Assembly (NCBI GenBank): GCA_963762545.1
Contig: CAVXLC010000003.1
Coordinates: 130,967 to 194,966, forward strand
Direction of reading: 5' to 3'
Origin: an uncultured Gemmatimonadales bacterium
GTDB taxonomy: Bacteria > Gemmatimonadota > Gemmatimonadetes > Gemmatimonadales > GWC2-71-9
Length of the DNA: 64,000 bases
The notes under the pieces are model-generated. The model was not told the DNA's origin. It saw only the letters and a list, made by a program, of their open reading frames with translations, and did not search any database. Positions 36,132-44,024 of the stretch are shown piece by piece (the first letter of the stretch is position 1; each line of letters opens with the position of its first letter). The position numbers were made by a program, and so were the translations under genes.

Positions 36132-37406
36132 TCACAGCCGGGAGCGGTGGGTTTCCGGGGCGAAGAGGGTGGCCACCACGCTGAGCGCGCTGCTGGCCGC
36201 CATGTACGCGGCGATGGCCCACGCGCCGTAGCGCGCCAGCAACAGCGTGGCAATGATCGGGGCCAGCCCGCCCGAGAATACCGACGTCAGCTGGTAGATC
36301 AGCGAGGCCCCGCTGTAGCGCACCCGGGTCGAGAACAGCTCGGAGAAGTAGGCTGCCTGGGGACCGTACATCAGGTCCTGCCCGACGTTGAGCCCCAGCA
36401 CGATCGCCAGCGCGACGAAGCCCGGGCCCTTCCCGAGCAGCCAGAAGAACGGAAAGGCGTAGAGCAGCGAGAACACCGCGCCGGCCAGGTACACCGGCTT
36501 CCGCCCGACCCGGTCGGACAGCGCACCGAACAGCGGGATGGTGAACATCCCCACGGCCGCGCCGGTGGCCACGCCGCCCAGCATGGTGCTCTTGGCGTAG
36601 TGCAGCGTCTTCTCCCCGAAGCTCAGCACGAACACCGTGAAGATGTAGAACAGGACGTTCTGCGCGAAGCGCATGCCCATCCCGACCACCACCTCGCGGG
36701 GGTGGTCCCGGAAGACCTGCACCAGCGGCGCGGCACTGGTGCCCTTCGCTTCCTTGAGCCGGGTGAAGGCCGGCGTCTCCAGGAGACGGAGGCGGACGAA
36801 CAGTCCGAGGCCGATGAGCAGGACGCTGAGGAGAAACGGAACCCGCCACCCCCAGGCGAGGAATTCCGCCTCCGACAACCGGCTCGACAGCAGGGCAAAG
36901 ATCCCGGTCGCGAGCAGCAGGCCGGCCGGCACCCCCATCTGGGGCCAGCTCCCGGAGAGCCCGCGCTTCCCTTCCCGGCTGTGTTCCACCGCCATCAGCA
37001 CCGCCCCGCCCCATTCGCCGCCGACGCCGAACCCCTGGATGAATCGCAGCGCGACCAGCAGGACCGGCGCCCACACCCCGATCGCGGTATACGTGGGAAG
37101 CACCCCGATCAGCGCCGTCGCCGCGCCCATGAGCAGGAGCGACCAGACCAGCATCGCCTTGCGCCCCACCTTGTCGCCGTAGTGGCCGAAGACCGCCCCG
37201 CCCAGAGGCCGGGCCAGGAATCCCACGGCAAAGGTCCCATACGCCGACAGGGTGCCGGCGAGGCTGTCGAGATTCGGGAAGAACAGCTTGTTGAAGACCA
37301 GCGCCGCCGCGGTACCATAGAGAAAGAAGTCGTACCACTCGATGGTGGTCCCGACGAAGCTCGCCACGATGATCGGGCGCATGGATTGCGCACGGGAGGC
37401 GGTCAT
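36132..37406 (-). CDS. MFS transporter, metabolite:H+ symporter (MHS) family
   Basis: The ATG at 37406 overlaps the upstream stop (ATGA). GTTIEWYDFFLYGTAAALVFNKLFFP and GHYGDKVGRKAML are MHS (ProP/KgtP/ShiA-like) signatures. Twelve hydrophobic segments. The listed 542-aa ORF extension is rejected. Confidence 0.85.
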   Translation of the reverse strand: MTASRAQSMRPIIVASFVGTTIEWYDFFLYGTAAALVFNKLFFPNLDSLAGTLSAYGTFAVGFLARPLGGAVFGHYGDKVGRKAMLVWSLLLMGAATALIGVLPTYTAIGVWAPVLLVALRFIQGFGVGGEWGGAVLMAVEHSREGKRGLSGSWPQMGVPAGLLLATGIFALLSSRLSEAEFLAWGWRVPFLLSVLLIGLGLFVRLRLLETPAFTRLKEAKGTSAAPLVQVFRDHPREVVVGMGMRFAQNVLFYIFTVFVLSFGEKTLHYAKSTMLGGVATGAAVGMFTIPLFGALSDRVGRKPVYLAGAVFSLLYAFPFFWLLGKGPGFVALAIVLGLNVGQDLMYGPQAAYFSELFSTRVRYSGASLIYQLTSVFSGGLAPIIATLLLARYGAWAIAAYMAASSALSVVATLFAPETHRSRL

Positions 37407-38512
37407 GGTTCCGGGGTTGGGGGCTTCCGGGTGGTGGGCCGGCCCAGCAGCGGCAGCATCGCCTCCACGAGCGGATCGAGCAGCGAGCGAAAGGGTCGCA
37501 GGATCCGCTTCACCGATTCGAACCGACGGGCAGGAGCGGCCGGACGCGAGATCGGGCCCCGCCCCGCGAGCGTCGCGGCGTGGTATTGAATCGGAATCGG
37601 AGCGAACGCTCCCGGAGCGTCGATGACTTCGAACGCCGCCTGGAATCGGCGATAGAAGTGCTCCCTCGCGATGGTCCGGTATTCCCGCATTTCCGGAGAG
37701 AGGACGCCGCTCGAAGCCCGCGACCCTCGCCCGATGGTGGGGTTGAGGTTGATCTCCCACGTCTCGACCGTCCCGTCCTTGAGCGCGTAGTCGATTCGTC
37801 CGTATTCTACCCGCGCGGCGTCGAATATCGGCCGCAACTGCCCCGCGTGCGGATTGCCGAGCACGTAGGCGCGCTCCTCGTCGAGGCTCTCCCGCGTGAA
37901 ATCGGCTCCTTCATGCTTGAGTGCCCAGACCCGGCCCCGCTCGAGCGCGCGGGGAATGATCTCGGATCCGACCATGAAGGCGGCGTATTTCCGGTAGTAG
38001 CCGTCAGCGTCGGCGGTATCGCAGAACTCCATGACCAGCAGGTCGTCCATCCGGATGCCGCGCACTCTGGCACGCCCCAGCTCCACCCGGAGCTCGCCGG
38101 GTGTCCGGAGCAGTGGGGTGAGCGCGCCGCTGTGCCGGGTCTCCTCCCGCAGAAACACCGGGAATCGCAGGCCGGACAGATCGGTGGTGGCGCGCGCCGC
38201 GCGATGGCGGGTCAAGCCACGCCGGAAGAGCTCCTCGAGGAGATCGAACCGCCGCAAGGCCCTGGCCGGGTGGTTGAGGATTCGCTGGCCGGCCTCGGCG
38301 AGCCGATCAGCCACCTCCCGGGCCAGGCGGAGACCTGCGGGCGTCAGTTGGTCGAGCGCGGAGAAGATGTAGACACCCCCCGGCAGCTCGGAACGTGCAG
38401 GCAGGTCGTCGTAGTGTAAGATCGTCAGCCGGGAGGCCAGGCCCGCACCGTGGAGCTCCAGGTGGTCCCGGATCGTGAAGGCCCAGTCCGGCGGCACGAC
38501 GAAGTAGATCAA
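37403..38512 (-). CDS. ATP-grasp-like protein of unknown specificity
   Basis: 369 aa. The longest ORF starts at a TTG that overlaps the symporter stop (TTGA). RFPVFLREE, YYRKYAAFMVGSEIIP and GRIDYALKDGTVETWEINLNPT (an ExN Mg-site-like motif) resemble the ATP-grasp fold. The family assignment is tentative. Confidence 0.6.
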   Translation of the reverse strand: MIYFVVPPDWAFTIRDHLELHGAGLASRLTILHYDDLPARSELPGGVYIFSALDQLTPAGLRLAREVADRLAEAGQRILNHPARALRRFDLLEELFRRGLTRHRAARATTDLSGLRFPVFLREETRHSGALTPLLRTPGELRVELGRARVRGIRMDDLLVMEFCDTADADGYYRKYAAFMVGSEIIPRALERGRVWALKHEGADFTRESLDEERAYVLGNPHAGQLRPIFDAARVEYGRIDYALKDGTVETWEINLNPTIGRGSRASSGVLSPEMREYRTIAREHFYRRFQAAFEVIDAPGAFAPIPIQYHAATLAGRGPISRPAAPARRFESVKRILRPFRSLLDPLVEAMLPLLGRPTTRKPPTPEP

Positions 38513-39861
38513 GCGACCACGTCCGGCGTCTCGCCCCGGGAGAGGATCGCAGCGACGCTCATGTCACCGGTGACATTGAGAATGGTCTTGAAGATGTCGG
38601 GGATGACGTCCACCGCCTCCAGGAGCACGATTCCCTCGATCGGGAGGCCGGCGGCCAGATAGGCGGGGAGGTTGCGAAAGGCCCCGCCGCCGCCCGGGAC
38701 CCCGATGCTGGTGAAGCTCACCAGGATCACGGTCACCAGGAAGGTGACGATCTTCCCCGGCGTCAGCGGGATGCCGAAGACATGGGCGATGAGCACCAGG
38801 CGCACCGGACCGGTGATCGTCATGTTGGCCTTGAATGCCGTGATGGCAAACGGCAGCACGAATCCGGTGGCCGCCGCCGGCAGCTTGAGCTCGTCGCGCG
38901 CGCCCTCGACCAGGGCGGGCAGCGAGGCGATCGAGGACCTGGTGCCGGCCGCCACCAGCTGCGCCGGGGCCACGGCGCGGGCGAACCGCCGGATCGACAC
39001 CCGCCCCAGCAGCGCGGTGAGCGGATAGAGCAGCAGGGTGAACCCGATCATCAGAACACAGGTGATCAGCACGAACATCCCCATGAATCCCGCCGCGCCC
39101 GTCCCGGCTCCGGCCGCCATCACCAGTGCCAGGGCGAACACGCCGAGCGGCGTGACCACCAGGACCCCGCGCACCAGGATCATGGTCGTCTCGGCGAGCG
39201 CCCGGCCAACCCGGAGCAGCAGGTCCCGGGACTCGGGTGCCAGGTGAGTGGCCGCCAGCCCGAACAACACCGTGAACAGCAGCAGCGGCAGGATTTCGGT
39301 TCCGGTGGCGGCTTGAACCACGTTGGTGGGAACGAGGCCCGACAGCCAGCCGCCCAGCGACTCGTGCCCGCCCTCGGTGGCGGTCCGCACCGCGTCGGGC
39401 ACCACGGTTCCCGCCTTGAGGGACGCCACCGTGAGGGAATCGGCCGGGAACAGGGCTACCATCGGCGGGGCCAGGATCAAGGTGAAGAGTCCCGCCAGGA
39501 GCAGCATCGCGACGAACGCGAGGAGCGACTTGCCGCCCAGCGCGGCAATGGAGCCATGGCCATGGGACCCCAGCACCGCCACGAACATCTGGGTGACCAC
39601 CAGGGGGATCACCGTCATCCGGAGCAGCCGAAGCCAGACTTCTCCCACCGGCGAGATCCCCTGAATCAACCCGCTTCCCCAACGCCAGTGGTTGGCGTGC
39701 AGCAGCATGCCAAGAGCCAGGCCCGCCGCGAGCGCCCCGAGGGACCAGAGGGTCAGGCCGCGCACTGCCGGGCGCACGGGCGCCGGTGCCACGGCGGCGG
39801 GTTCGGAAGCGATGGAATCACCCCAGGTGAGCGTGGCCGAAAAAGAATCGCCTGGGTTCAA
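38509..39861 (-). CDS. dicarboxylate/amino acid:cation symporter (DAACS, GltP/DctA family)
   Basis: RMTVIPLVVTQMFVAV, AAGTRSSIASLPA, FVLPFAITAFKANMTITG and DIFKTILNVTGDM match DAACS hairpin and TM7-8 motifs. The start is uncertain: TTG at 39861, or alternatively GTG near 39777. Confidence 0.85.
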   Translation of the reverse strand: MNPGDSFSATLTWGDSIASEPAAVAPAPVRPAVRGLTLWSLGALAAGLALGMLLHANHWRWGSGLIQGISPVGEVWLRLLRMTVIPLVVTQMFVAVLGSHGHGSIAALGGKSLLAFVAMLLLAGLFTLILAPPMVALFPADSLTVASLKAGTVVPDAVRTATEGGHESLGGWLSGLVPTNVVQAATGTEILPLLLFTVLFGLAATHLAPESRDLLLRVGRALAETTMILVRGVLVVTPLGVFALALVMAAGAGTGAAGFMGMFVLITCVLMIGFTLLLYPLTALLGRVSIRRFARAVAPAQLVAAGTRSSIASLPALVEGARDELKLPAAATGFVLPFAITAFKANMTITGPVRLVLIAHVFGIPLTPGKIVTFLVTVILVSFTSIGVPGGGGAFRNLPAYLAAGLPIEGIVLLEAVDVIPDIFKTILNVTGDMSVAAILSRGETPDVVA

Positions 39862-39898
39862 GGATACGGACCCGGCCCGATTGGTGCCAATTCGGACC

Positions 39899-39927
39899 TT
39901 GCACCCGGAAATGCCCCTTCCTAGCTT
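39899..39927 (+). promoter_or_regulatory. possible sigma70-type promoter (TTGCAC - 17 nt - TAGCTT)
   Basis: Pattern read from the sequence. The predicted transcription start near 39934-39936 coincides with the first hairpin of the structured leader. Confidence 0.3.
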
Positions 39928-39934
39928 GGTTTGA

Positions 39935-39998
39935 GAACCGGTCGGATTCCGAAGACCGGTTCCGGTGCGTCCGGACAGTCGGATGAGTGACGATCCGA
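39935..39998 (+). ncRNA. structured 5' leader or small RNA body: hairpins GAACCGGTC-N10-GACCGGTTC (39935-39962) and TCGGAT-N8-ATCCGA (39979-39998)
   Basis: Perfect inverted repeats read directly from the sequence. The region lies between the promoter-like element and the terminator at 40006-40053. Confidence 0.35.
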
Positions 39999-40005
39999 AG
40001 GTGGC

Positions 40006-40053
40006 GGGCGTGGAAGGGCTCCTCGGGAGCCTTGTTCCACGCCCTTTTTTGTT
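40006..40053 (+). terminator. strong rho-independent terminator-like hairpin upstream of the 40102 gene
   Basis: GGGCGTGGAA-g-GGCTCC-tcg-GGAGCC-ttg-TTCCACGCCC (16 paired bases) is followed directly by TTTTTTGTT. A T6 run is very rare in this GC-rich window. There is no plus-strand gene upstream to terminate. Confidence 0.6.
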
Positions 40054-40101
40054 GCCCGGACCTCGATCCCTGAGTCAGGTCTACTTCATCGGGAGAATAT
40101 C

Positions 40102-40653
40102 ATGGCTAACACAGCCGTATTCGGTATCTACAGTTCGCGAGGTCAGGTCGAGATGGGCGTGGATCATCTCCGGGCGGCCGGTTTCCGCGCCCAGGATATT
40201 TCGATCCTTTTCCCCGAGAACGTGGGAACCAAGGACCTGGCCCACGAGAAGCACAGCAAGGCCCCCGAAGGCACGACCGCGGGCGTCACGTCCGGCGCGG
40301 TCATCGGTGGTACCCTGGGCTGGCTCGCCGGTATCGGCGCGCTGGCCATTCCCGGCGTCGGGCCGTTCATCGCCGCCGGACCGATCATGGCGGCGCTGAG
40401 CGGTGCCGCGGTCGGGGGCGCGGTCGGGGGCGTGGCCGGCGCCCTCATCGGGATGGGCATTCCCGAGTACGAGGCCAAGCGGTACGAGGGGCTGGTGCGG
40501 AAAGGCGGCATTCTGCTCTCGGTGCACTCCGATAGCCACGAGTGGACCAAGCGGGCCAAGGACATTCTCGAGAACACCGGCGCGACCGAGGTCGCCTCCA
40601 CGTCCGAGGCCAAGGGTGACTACGCCAACGCGAACCGGCCGGGCCGAGTCTAG
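40102..40653 (+). CDS. YflT-like general stress protein with central glycine-zipper membrane segment
   Basis: The N-terminal AVFGIYSSRGQVEMGVDHLRAAGFRAQDISIL fits the YflT/GSP17M-type domain pattern. The central segment is GAVIGGTLGWLAGIGALAIPGVGPFIAAGPIMAALSGAAVGGAVGGVAGALIG. The C-terminal part is GIPEYEAKRYEGLVRKGGILLSVH. The family name is from memory. Confidence 0.7.
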   Translation: MANTAVFGIYSSRGQVEMGVDHLRAAGFRAQDISILFPENVGTKDLAHEKHSKAPEGTTAGVTSGAVIGGTLGWLAGIGALAIPGVGPFIAAGPIMAALSGAAVGGAVGGVAGALIGMGIPEYEAKRYEGLVRKGGILLSVHSDSHEWTKRAKDILENTGATEVASTSEAKGDYANANRPGRV

Positions 40654-40683
40654 CGCCCGGAGGACGTCACGACCGAGAACGAG

Positions 40684-40720
40684 AAGGCGGGTCCGGAATC
40701 GGGCCCGCCTTTCGTGTGTT
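40684..40720. terminator. intrinsic terminator between convergent genes
   Basis: AAGGCGGGTCC-ggaatc-GGGCCCGCCTT forms an 11-bp stem with one G-U pair, followed by TCGTGTGTT. It lies between the stress-protein stop (40653) and the pilin stop (40741). Confidence 0.55.
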
Positions 40721-40740
40721 CGAGGAGTCCAACGGGGAGA

Positions 40741-41124
40741 CTACGAGCAGACGATCACTCCATCCTGCGTCGAGGCCGCGCCCGCGCCCACTTGCACCGT
40801 GCACTGCGTGAAGCCGGCGCTGATGGAGGCGTTGGTCACCGTCGCGGTGAAGCCGCTCGCCACGCCCGCCGCCGCGCCGGTGTTGCCGGCCGACAGCGTG
40901 AAGTTGCTGGCGGTCTGGAGCTGGGCGAACGAGCCGTAGGTCGCGTAGTCCGAGAAGTACGCTTCCTGGGCGGTCATCATGTTCCGCAGGTCGGTCTTGA
41001 CCGAGGCCAGCTTGGCCTTGTCCTTGGTGGCCGCGAACTTCGGGATTGCGATAGCGGCCAGAATGCCGATGATCACGACCACGATCAGCAGCTCGATCAG
41101 TGTAAAGCCCTTCCGGTTTGACAT
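40741..41124 (-). CDS. pilA: type IV pilin (prepilin with N-terminal methylation motif)
   Basis: The ATG at 41124 gives MSNRKGFTLIELLIVVVIIGILAAIAIPKF, the class III signal G|FTLIE. There is a C-terminal Cys pair (QCTV...IVCS). RBS AAGGA lies 8 nt upstream. The listed 215-aa extension is rejected. Confidence 0.9.
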   Translation of the reverse strand: MSNRKGFTLIELLIVVVIIGILAAIAIPKFAATKDKAKLASVKTDLRNMMTAQEAYFSDYATYGSFAQLQTASNFTLSAGNTGAAAGVASGFTATVTNASISAGFTQCTVQVGAGAASTQDGVIVCS

Positions 41125-41204
41125 CGTCCATCCTTTCCGGCGTGATGGTGCACGCCACATGAGAAGACTGCCTGGGCGCCCCCGCGCCACACCGGGACCA
41201 AAAG

Positions 41205-41219
41205 GCAACGACGATGCCA
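41205..41219 (-). promoter_or_regulatory. sigma54 (RpoN) -24/-12 promoter-like element TGGCAT-N5-TTGC upstream of pilA
   Basis: The reverse complement of 41205-41219 is TGGCATCGTCGTTGC, with the correct GG-N10-GC spacing. It lies about 80 nt upstream of the pilin ATG. Type IV pilin genes are commonly RpoN-dependent. Confidence 0.5.
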
Positions 41220-41430
41220 CGCGGCATTGGCCGCGGTATCCTGCGACGCGACATGGCCTTGAAGGCGCGGGGCGCGTGTTAATGTGTTGCCGCCCGGGTG
41301 ACCGGTTCCCGTACTGTGCAATGCAATCCGCCCGCGCCGGGCTCGGCGGAGCAATCATTGCAGCCATTGCACGAGGCTGCAGCATCAAGAATCCGGGGTA
41401 GGGACCCTTCCACTTCGGCGTTCATCCATC

Positions 41431-41910
41431 ATGTCGGAAGAAGCCACGCAGCGGAGGCTGAACGAGCGGTACATCAATTCCTATCTGAGCGCCGATGTGG
41501 CCTGGTACGACGACCACCTGGCCGAGGGCTTCATTTGCATCGAGTCGGACGGTACCGTGCTGGACAAGCCGAGGTTCCTCTTCCGGGCCGCCCGGGGGCC
41601 GGACGTGGCCCGGTACCGCCTGGATCAGGTGCGGATCCGGATACTCCACGGTACCGCCCTGGTTCACGGGACCGGGCTGTTTGCCAAGCCGGACGGGACC
41701 GAGGGGACCAGCCGCTACACCGATGTCTACGTGAAGCTGGGGGGTAAATGGAAGGTGGTGTCGGCGCAGATCATCCGCACGATGGGTCTCGGCTCGGAAA
41801 TGACGAGCACCCCTTCACCCATAAAGAGGTGTCGCCGGAAGACTCCGGAGCATCGGAGGCGCTGGGGGCACGGCCGGGCCCACTATTCGGAAGCCGGCCA
41901 CGTGCGCTGA
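41431..41910 (+). CDS. DUF4440 / SnoaL-like (NTF2 fold) protein with atypical basic C-terminal tail
   Basis: ERYINSYLSADVAWYDDHLAEGFICIESDG...YTDVYVKLGGKWKVVSAQIIRT is the typical DUF4440 layout. About 35 extra residues (MGLGSEMTSTPSPIKRCRRKTPEHRRRWGHGRAHYSEAGHVR) follow the usual end of the domain. Confidence 0.7.
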   Translation: MSEEATQRRLNERYINSYLSADVAWYDDHLAEGFICIESDGTVLDKPRFLFRAARGPDVARYRLDQVRIRILHGTALVHGTGLFAKPDGTEGTSRYTDVYVKLGGKWKVVSAQIIRTMGLGSEMTSTPSPIKRCRRKTPEHRRRWGHGRAHYSEAGHVR

Positions 41911-41999
41911 GGAGCAGCGGTGGGAGCGGGACCCGCACAACCCCCGACGCTTTCGCGTGGCGCCCGCGGACTGAGGGTCCCGCAGCACCACCGGTCGAA

Positions 42000-43109
42000 C
42001 TACCGAGAATGGCTCGATCCATGGCAAAGATCTAGCAGGCATCTCTCCTTGAGAGCCGTCAAGAGCAGCCCGGCGACGAGACGATGTCCCTGCGCGCTCC
42101 AGTGAGCTTTGTCCTCTGCTGTGACGACGACGCCCCGATCTTGAGCGGCCCTCAGAGTGTCGGGCAGGCCCGACACGAAGTCGACGTCATGCTTGGCAGA
42201 TATCTGGGCGAACAGCGGCTCCGTCACGCTACCGGACTGACTGGTGAACGCGACAACGCGTACGCGGCCGACGAGTTGCCTGACCCGCCCCATGATCTCA
42301 TCCGTGACTTGAACGGCAGCCGCAAATTCCGGGATAGCGAGGTCCGGAGAGTCAATATCGCCCTGCAGTGTGGATCCTCCAGCGCTCCCGGCGTGTATCC
42401 TGTCAATCTTACCAATGATGAATTGCAGGAAGCGCGAATGTTCGATGGCATACTCACGGATCAGCCTGCTGAATCCTTTCGGCAAGATGTATTCGACCCG
42501 CCCATTCACCAAATAGGGTCGTCGCATCCCGTTGTTGTTGATGACACTCTTTCTTTCCAAGGAAGGCGAGTTATTGATAAAGTCGTTAGGGCAGTATTGC
42601 CAGATGATTAGATCAGGTTTGATCATCGTGAAGTAGTCGGCCAAAGCCATGTACTCCTGAAGAGTTCCGTAGCCGGCCACACCGTAGGCAAACACTTCTG
42701 CGTCAAGTGACTTGCTCAAGATCGCAAAGTAGGTCTCGCTGTCGGATACCTCCCTGCCTTGAGTAAAGGAGTCTCCAATGACCAACACCCGTGGACGCCG
42801 GAAGCCTGTCGCCGTCAGATTGCCAAACTGGCGAAATCCATGTTCGTCTTGAGTGAAGGTTACCTGGTGCTCGCTTCCGCCCGCATCCCTTGTCAGCCTC
42901 TGGACGCGAGCATTCTCGGTGGCCCGCCACCCTCGATGCTCATCCAGCGTTGTCATGGAACCGACTGAAGCCTTCGCGAAAAACGGGGTGCCGTCACGAA
43001 GCCAATAGACGAGTCGCAAAGCCGCTTCCCCGCCAATGAAGACGACAAGGATGGACATCGCGACGAGAGCGACGTTTGCAACAATACGGGCTGAGCGTTG
43101 CAGATGCAT
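42000..43109 (-). CDS. membrane-anchored SGNH/GDSL-type hydrolase-like protein
   Basis: N-terminal TM anchor (IVANVALVAMSILVVFIGG). Block I is VLVIGDSFTQG, block III-like is WQYCPNDF, and block V-like is DKAHWSAQGH (DxxH). The gene is AT-richer than its surroundings. Confidence 0.7.
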   Translation of the reverse strand: MHLQRSARIVANVALVAMSILVVFIGGEAALRLVYWLRDGTPFFAKASVGSMTTLDEHRGWRATENARVQRLTRDAGGSEHQVTFTQDEHGFRQFGNLTATGFRRPRVLVIGDSFTQGREVSDSETYFAILSKSLDAEVFAYGVAGYGTLQEYMALADYFTMIKPDLIIWQYCPNDFINNSPSLERKSVINNNGMRRPYLVNGRVEYILPKGFSRLIREYAIEHSRFLQFIIGKIDRIHAGSAGGSTLQGDIDSPDLAIPEFAAAVQVTDEIMGRVRQLVGRVRVVAFTSQSGSVTEPLFAQISAKHDVDFVSGLPDTLRAAQDRGVVVTAEDKAHWSAQGHRLVAGLLLTALKERCLLDLCHGSSHSR

Positions 43110-43596
43110 TCTCCTTGCCCACCCGGGGAGCCCTCCTTCCCAAGAAGCGATCAGGTGGGCGTAAACTCATTTTCAGCTAGGAGGGCTCCATTCTGCGATC
43201 GCAGGAAAGGATCCTACAATACTACATCTCTCGCAGGCATTCGGGAAAGGACGGAGCTCCCGAGCCGCACGAGGCTTCCCGAAAGCGGAGGATCTTGGCC
43301 ATTTCATTTCCTGAGGTCGCGGCGGCGCGTGAAATCTCCGCTGCTTGTCCTTTGGGAATCGGAGGCGCAATCTTAGGGCTTGGTAAGCTCATTTTCGCCA
43401 GCGGCAGACGAATTGCAGCGGGGAGTGCAACCGCTGGCACTGGTGGTTTGGCGGCGCCTATTATTGCCCCCGCGCTAGTTGGCTAATTCGAATCCATCGG
43501 TCTCCGGTGGCTTTCTTGCCGCGGGCGTTGCCTGTGGCAACGGCGGGGGTGACGGCGGGCACAAGGTGACCGTTCACCCGAAGAGCTGACTGACCG

Positions 43597-43965
43597 ATGA
43601 AACGCGCCCAGTACGGAGCGCGGTCCCTGCTGATCGGCATACCCGTAATCGCCGCGACGATCTTGGCGATCGGCGCCCTTCGCGCGCCCGATTCTGACAG
43701 CCGTCTCCAAGTCCCGATCGCGATTCTCTTCCTGATCATGGGGGTCGTACGGTTGGTGACTCTTCGGGCATGGACTAGAGGTCAATCCACAACGCTTGTC
43801 CCGCGATTCATTCACGCCGTTTCATTGCTGGGACTCGGCGTGATGCTCCTCCGGTACAAGCTCATGATCGAGCAGGAGGCTTCATTGGCGATGTTGGGGT
43901 TACTGCTCCTGGGCTCCATTGCCCAGGTCATCGCTAATCGCGCGGAGGATCGAAGGGCAGTGTAG
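43597..43965 (+). CDS. hypothetical membrane protein (122 aa)
   Basis: ATG start and four hydrophobic segments. Its TAG stop is the first three bases of the 19-bp repeat copy. Lower G+C. No family recognised. Confidence 0.45.
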   Translation: MKRAQYGARSLLIGIPVIAATILAIGALRAPDSDSRLQVPIAILFLIMGVVRLVTLRAWTRGQSTTLVPRFIHAVSLLGLGVMLLRYKLMIEQEASLAMLGLLLLGSIAQVIANRAEDRRAV

Positions 43966-43981
43966 CAGGGGCGGGACTCGA
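43963..43981. repeat. exact 19-bp direct repeat of the tRNA-Met 3' end (tagcaggggcgggactcga); second copy at 44025-44043 inside the tRNA
   Basis: Read directly from the sequence. The 43-nt spacer between the copies contains the hairpin GAGGCC-ctttca-GGCCTC. Confidence 0.8.
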
Positions 43982-44024
43982 CCGGAACGGCGAGGCCCTT
44001 TCAGGCCTCTGCTTCACCAAAGCA

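Larger units (their letters stand above)
41911..44024. mobile_element. putative decayed genomic islet at the 3' end of tRNA-Met (no integrase present)
   Basis: Visibly lower G+C (for example 25/60 at 42541-42600 versus 45/60 at 33541-33600). It is bounded on the right by a duplicated 19-bp tRNA 3' end. The left boundary is uncertain. Confidence 0.35.

Noticed and set aside
39965-40399. 144-aa plus-strand ORF starting in the structured leader
   Set aside because: It reads through the terminator hairpin and overlaps the YflT-like gene out of frame. Its composition is Pro/Arg/Ser-rich.
43193-43204. 12-bp perfect palindrome CTGCGATCGCAG (contains the HIP1 core GCGATCGC), and a 10-bp inverted repeat at 43127-43136 / 43180-43189
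   Set aside because: A single occurrence gives no evidence of iteration, so no functional call is possible beyond a possible 5'-UTR structure of the SGNH gene.
43295-43486. 63-codon Gly/Ala-rich ORF in the islet, considered as a bacteriocin or microcin precursor
   Set aside because: The GG is not in a proper double-glycine leader context (Leu/Ile positions do not fit). No maturation, immunity or export genes are adjacent. It overlaps other small ORFs and could be a chance frame.
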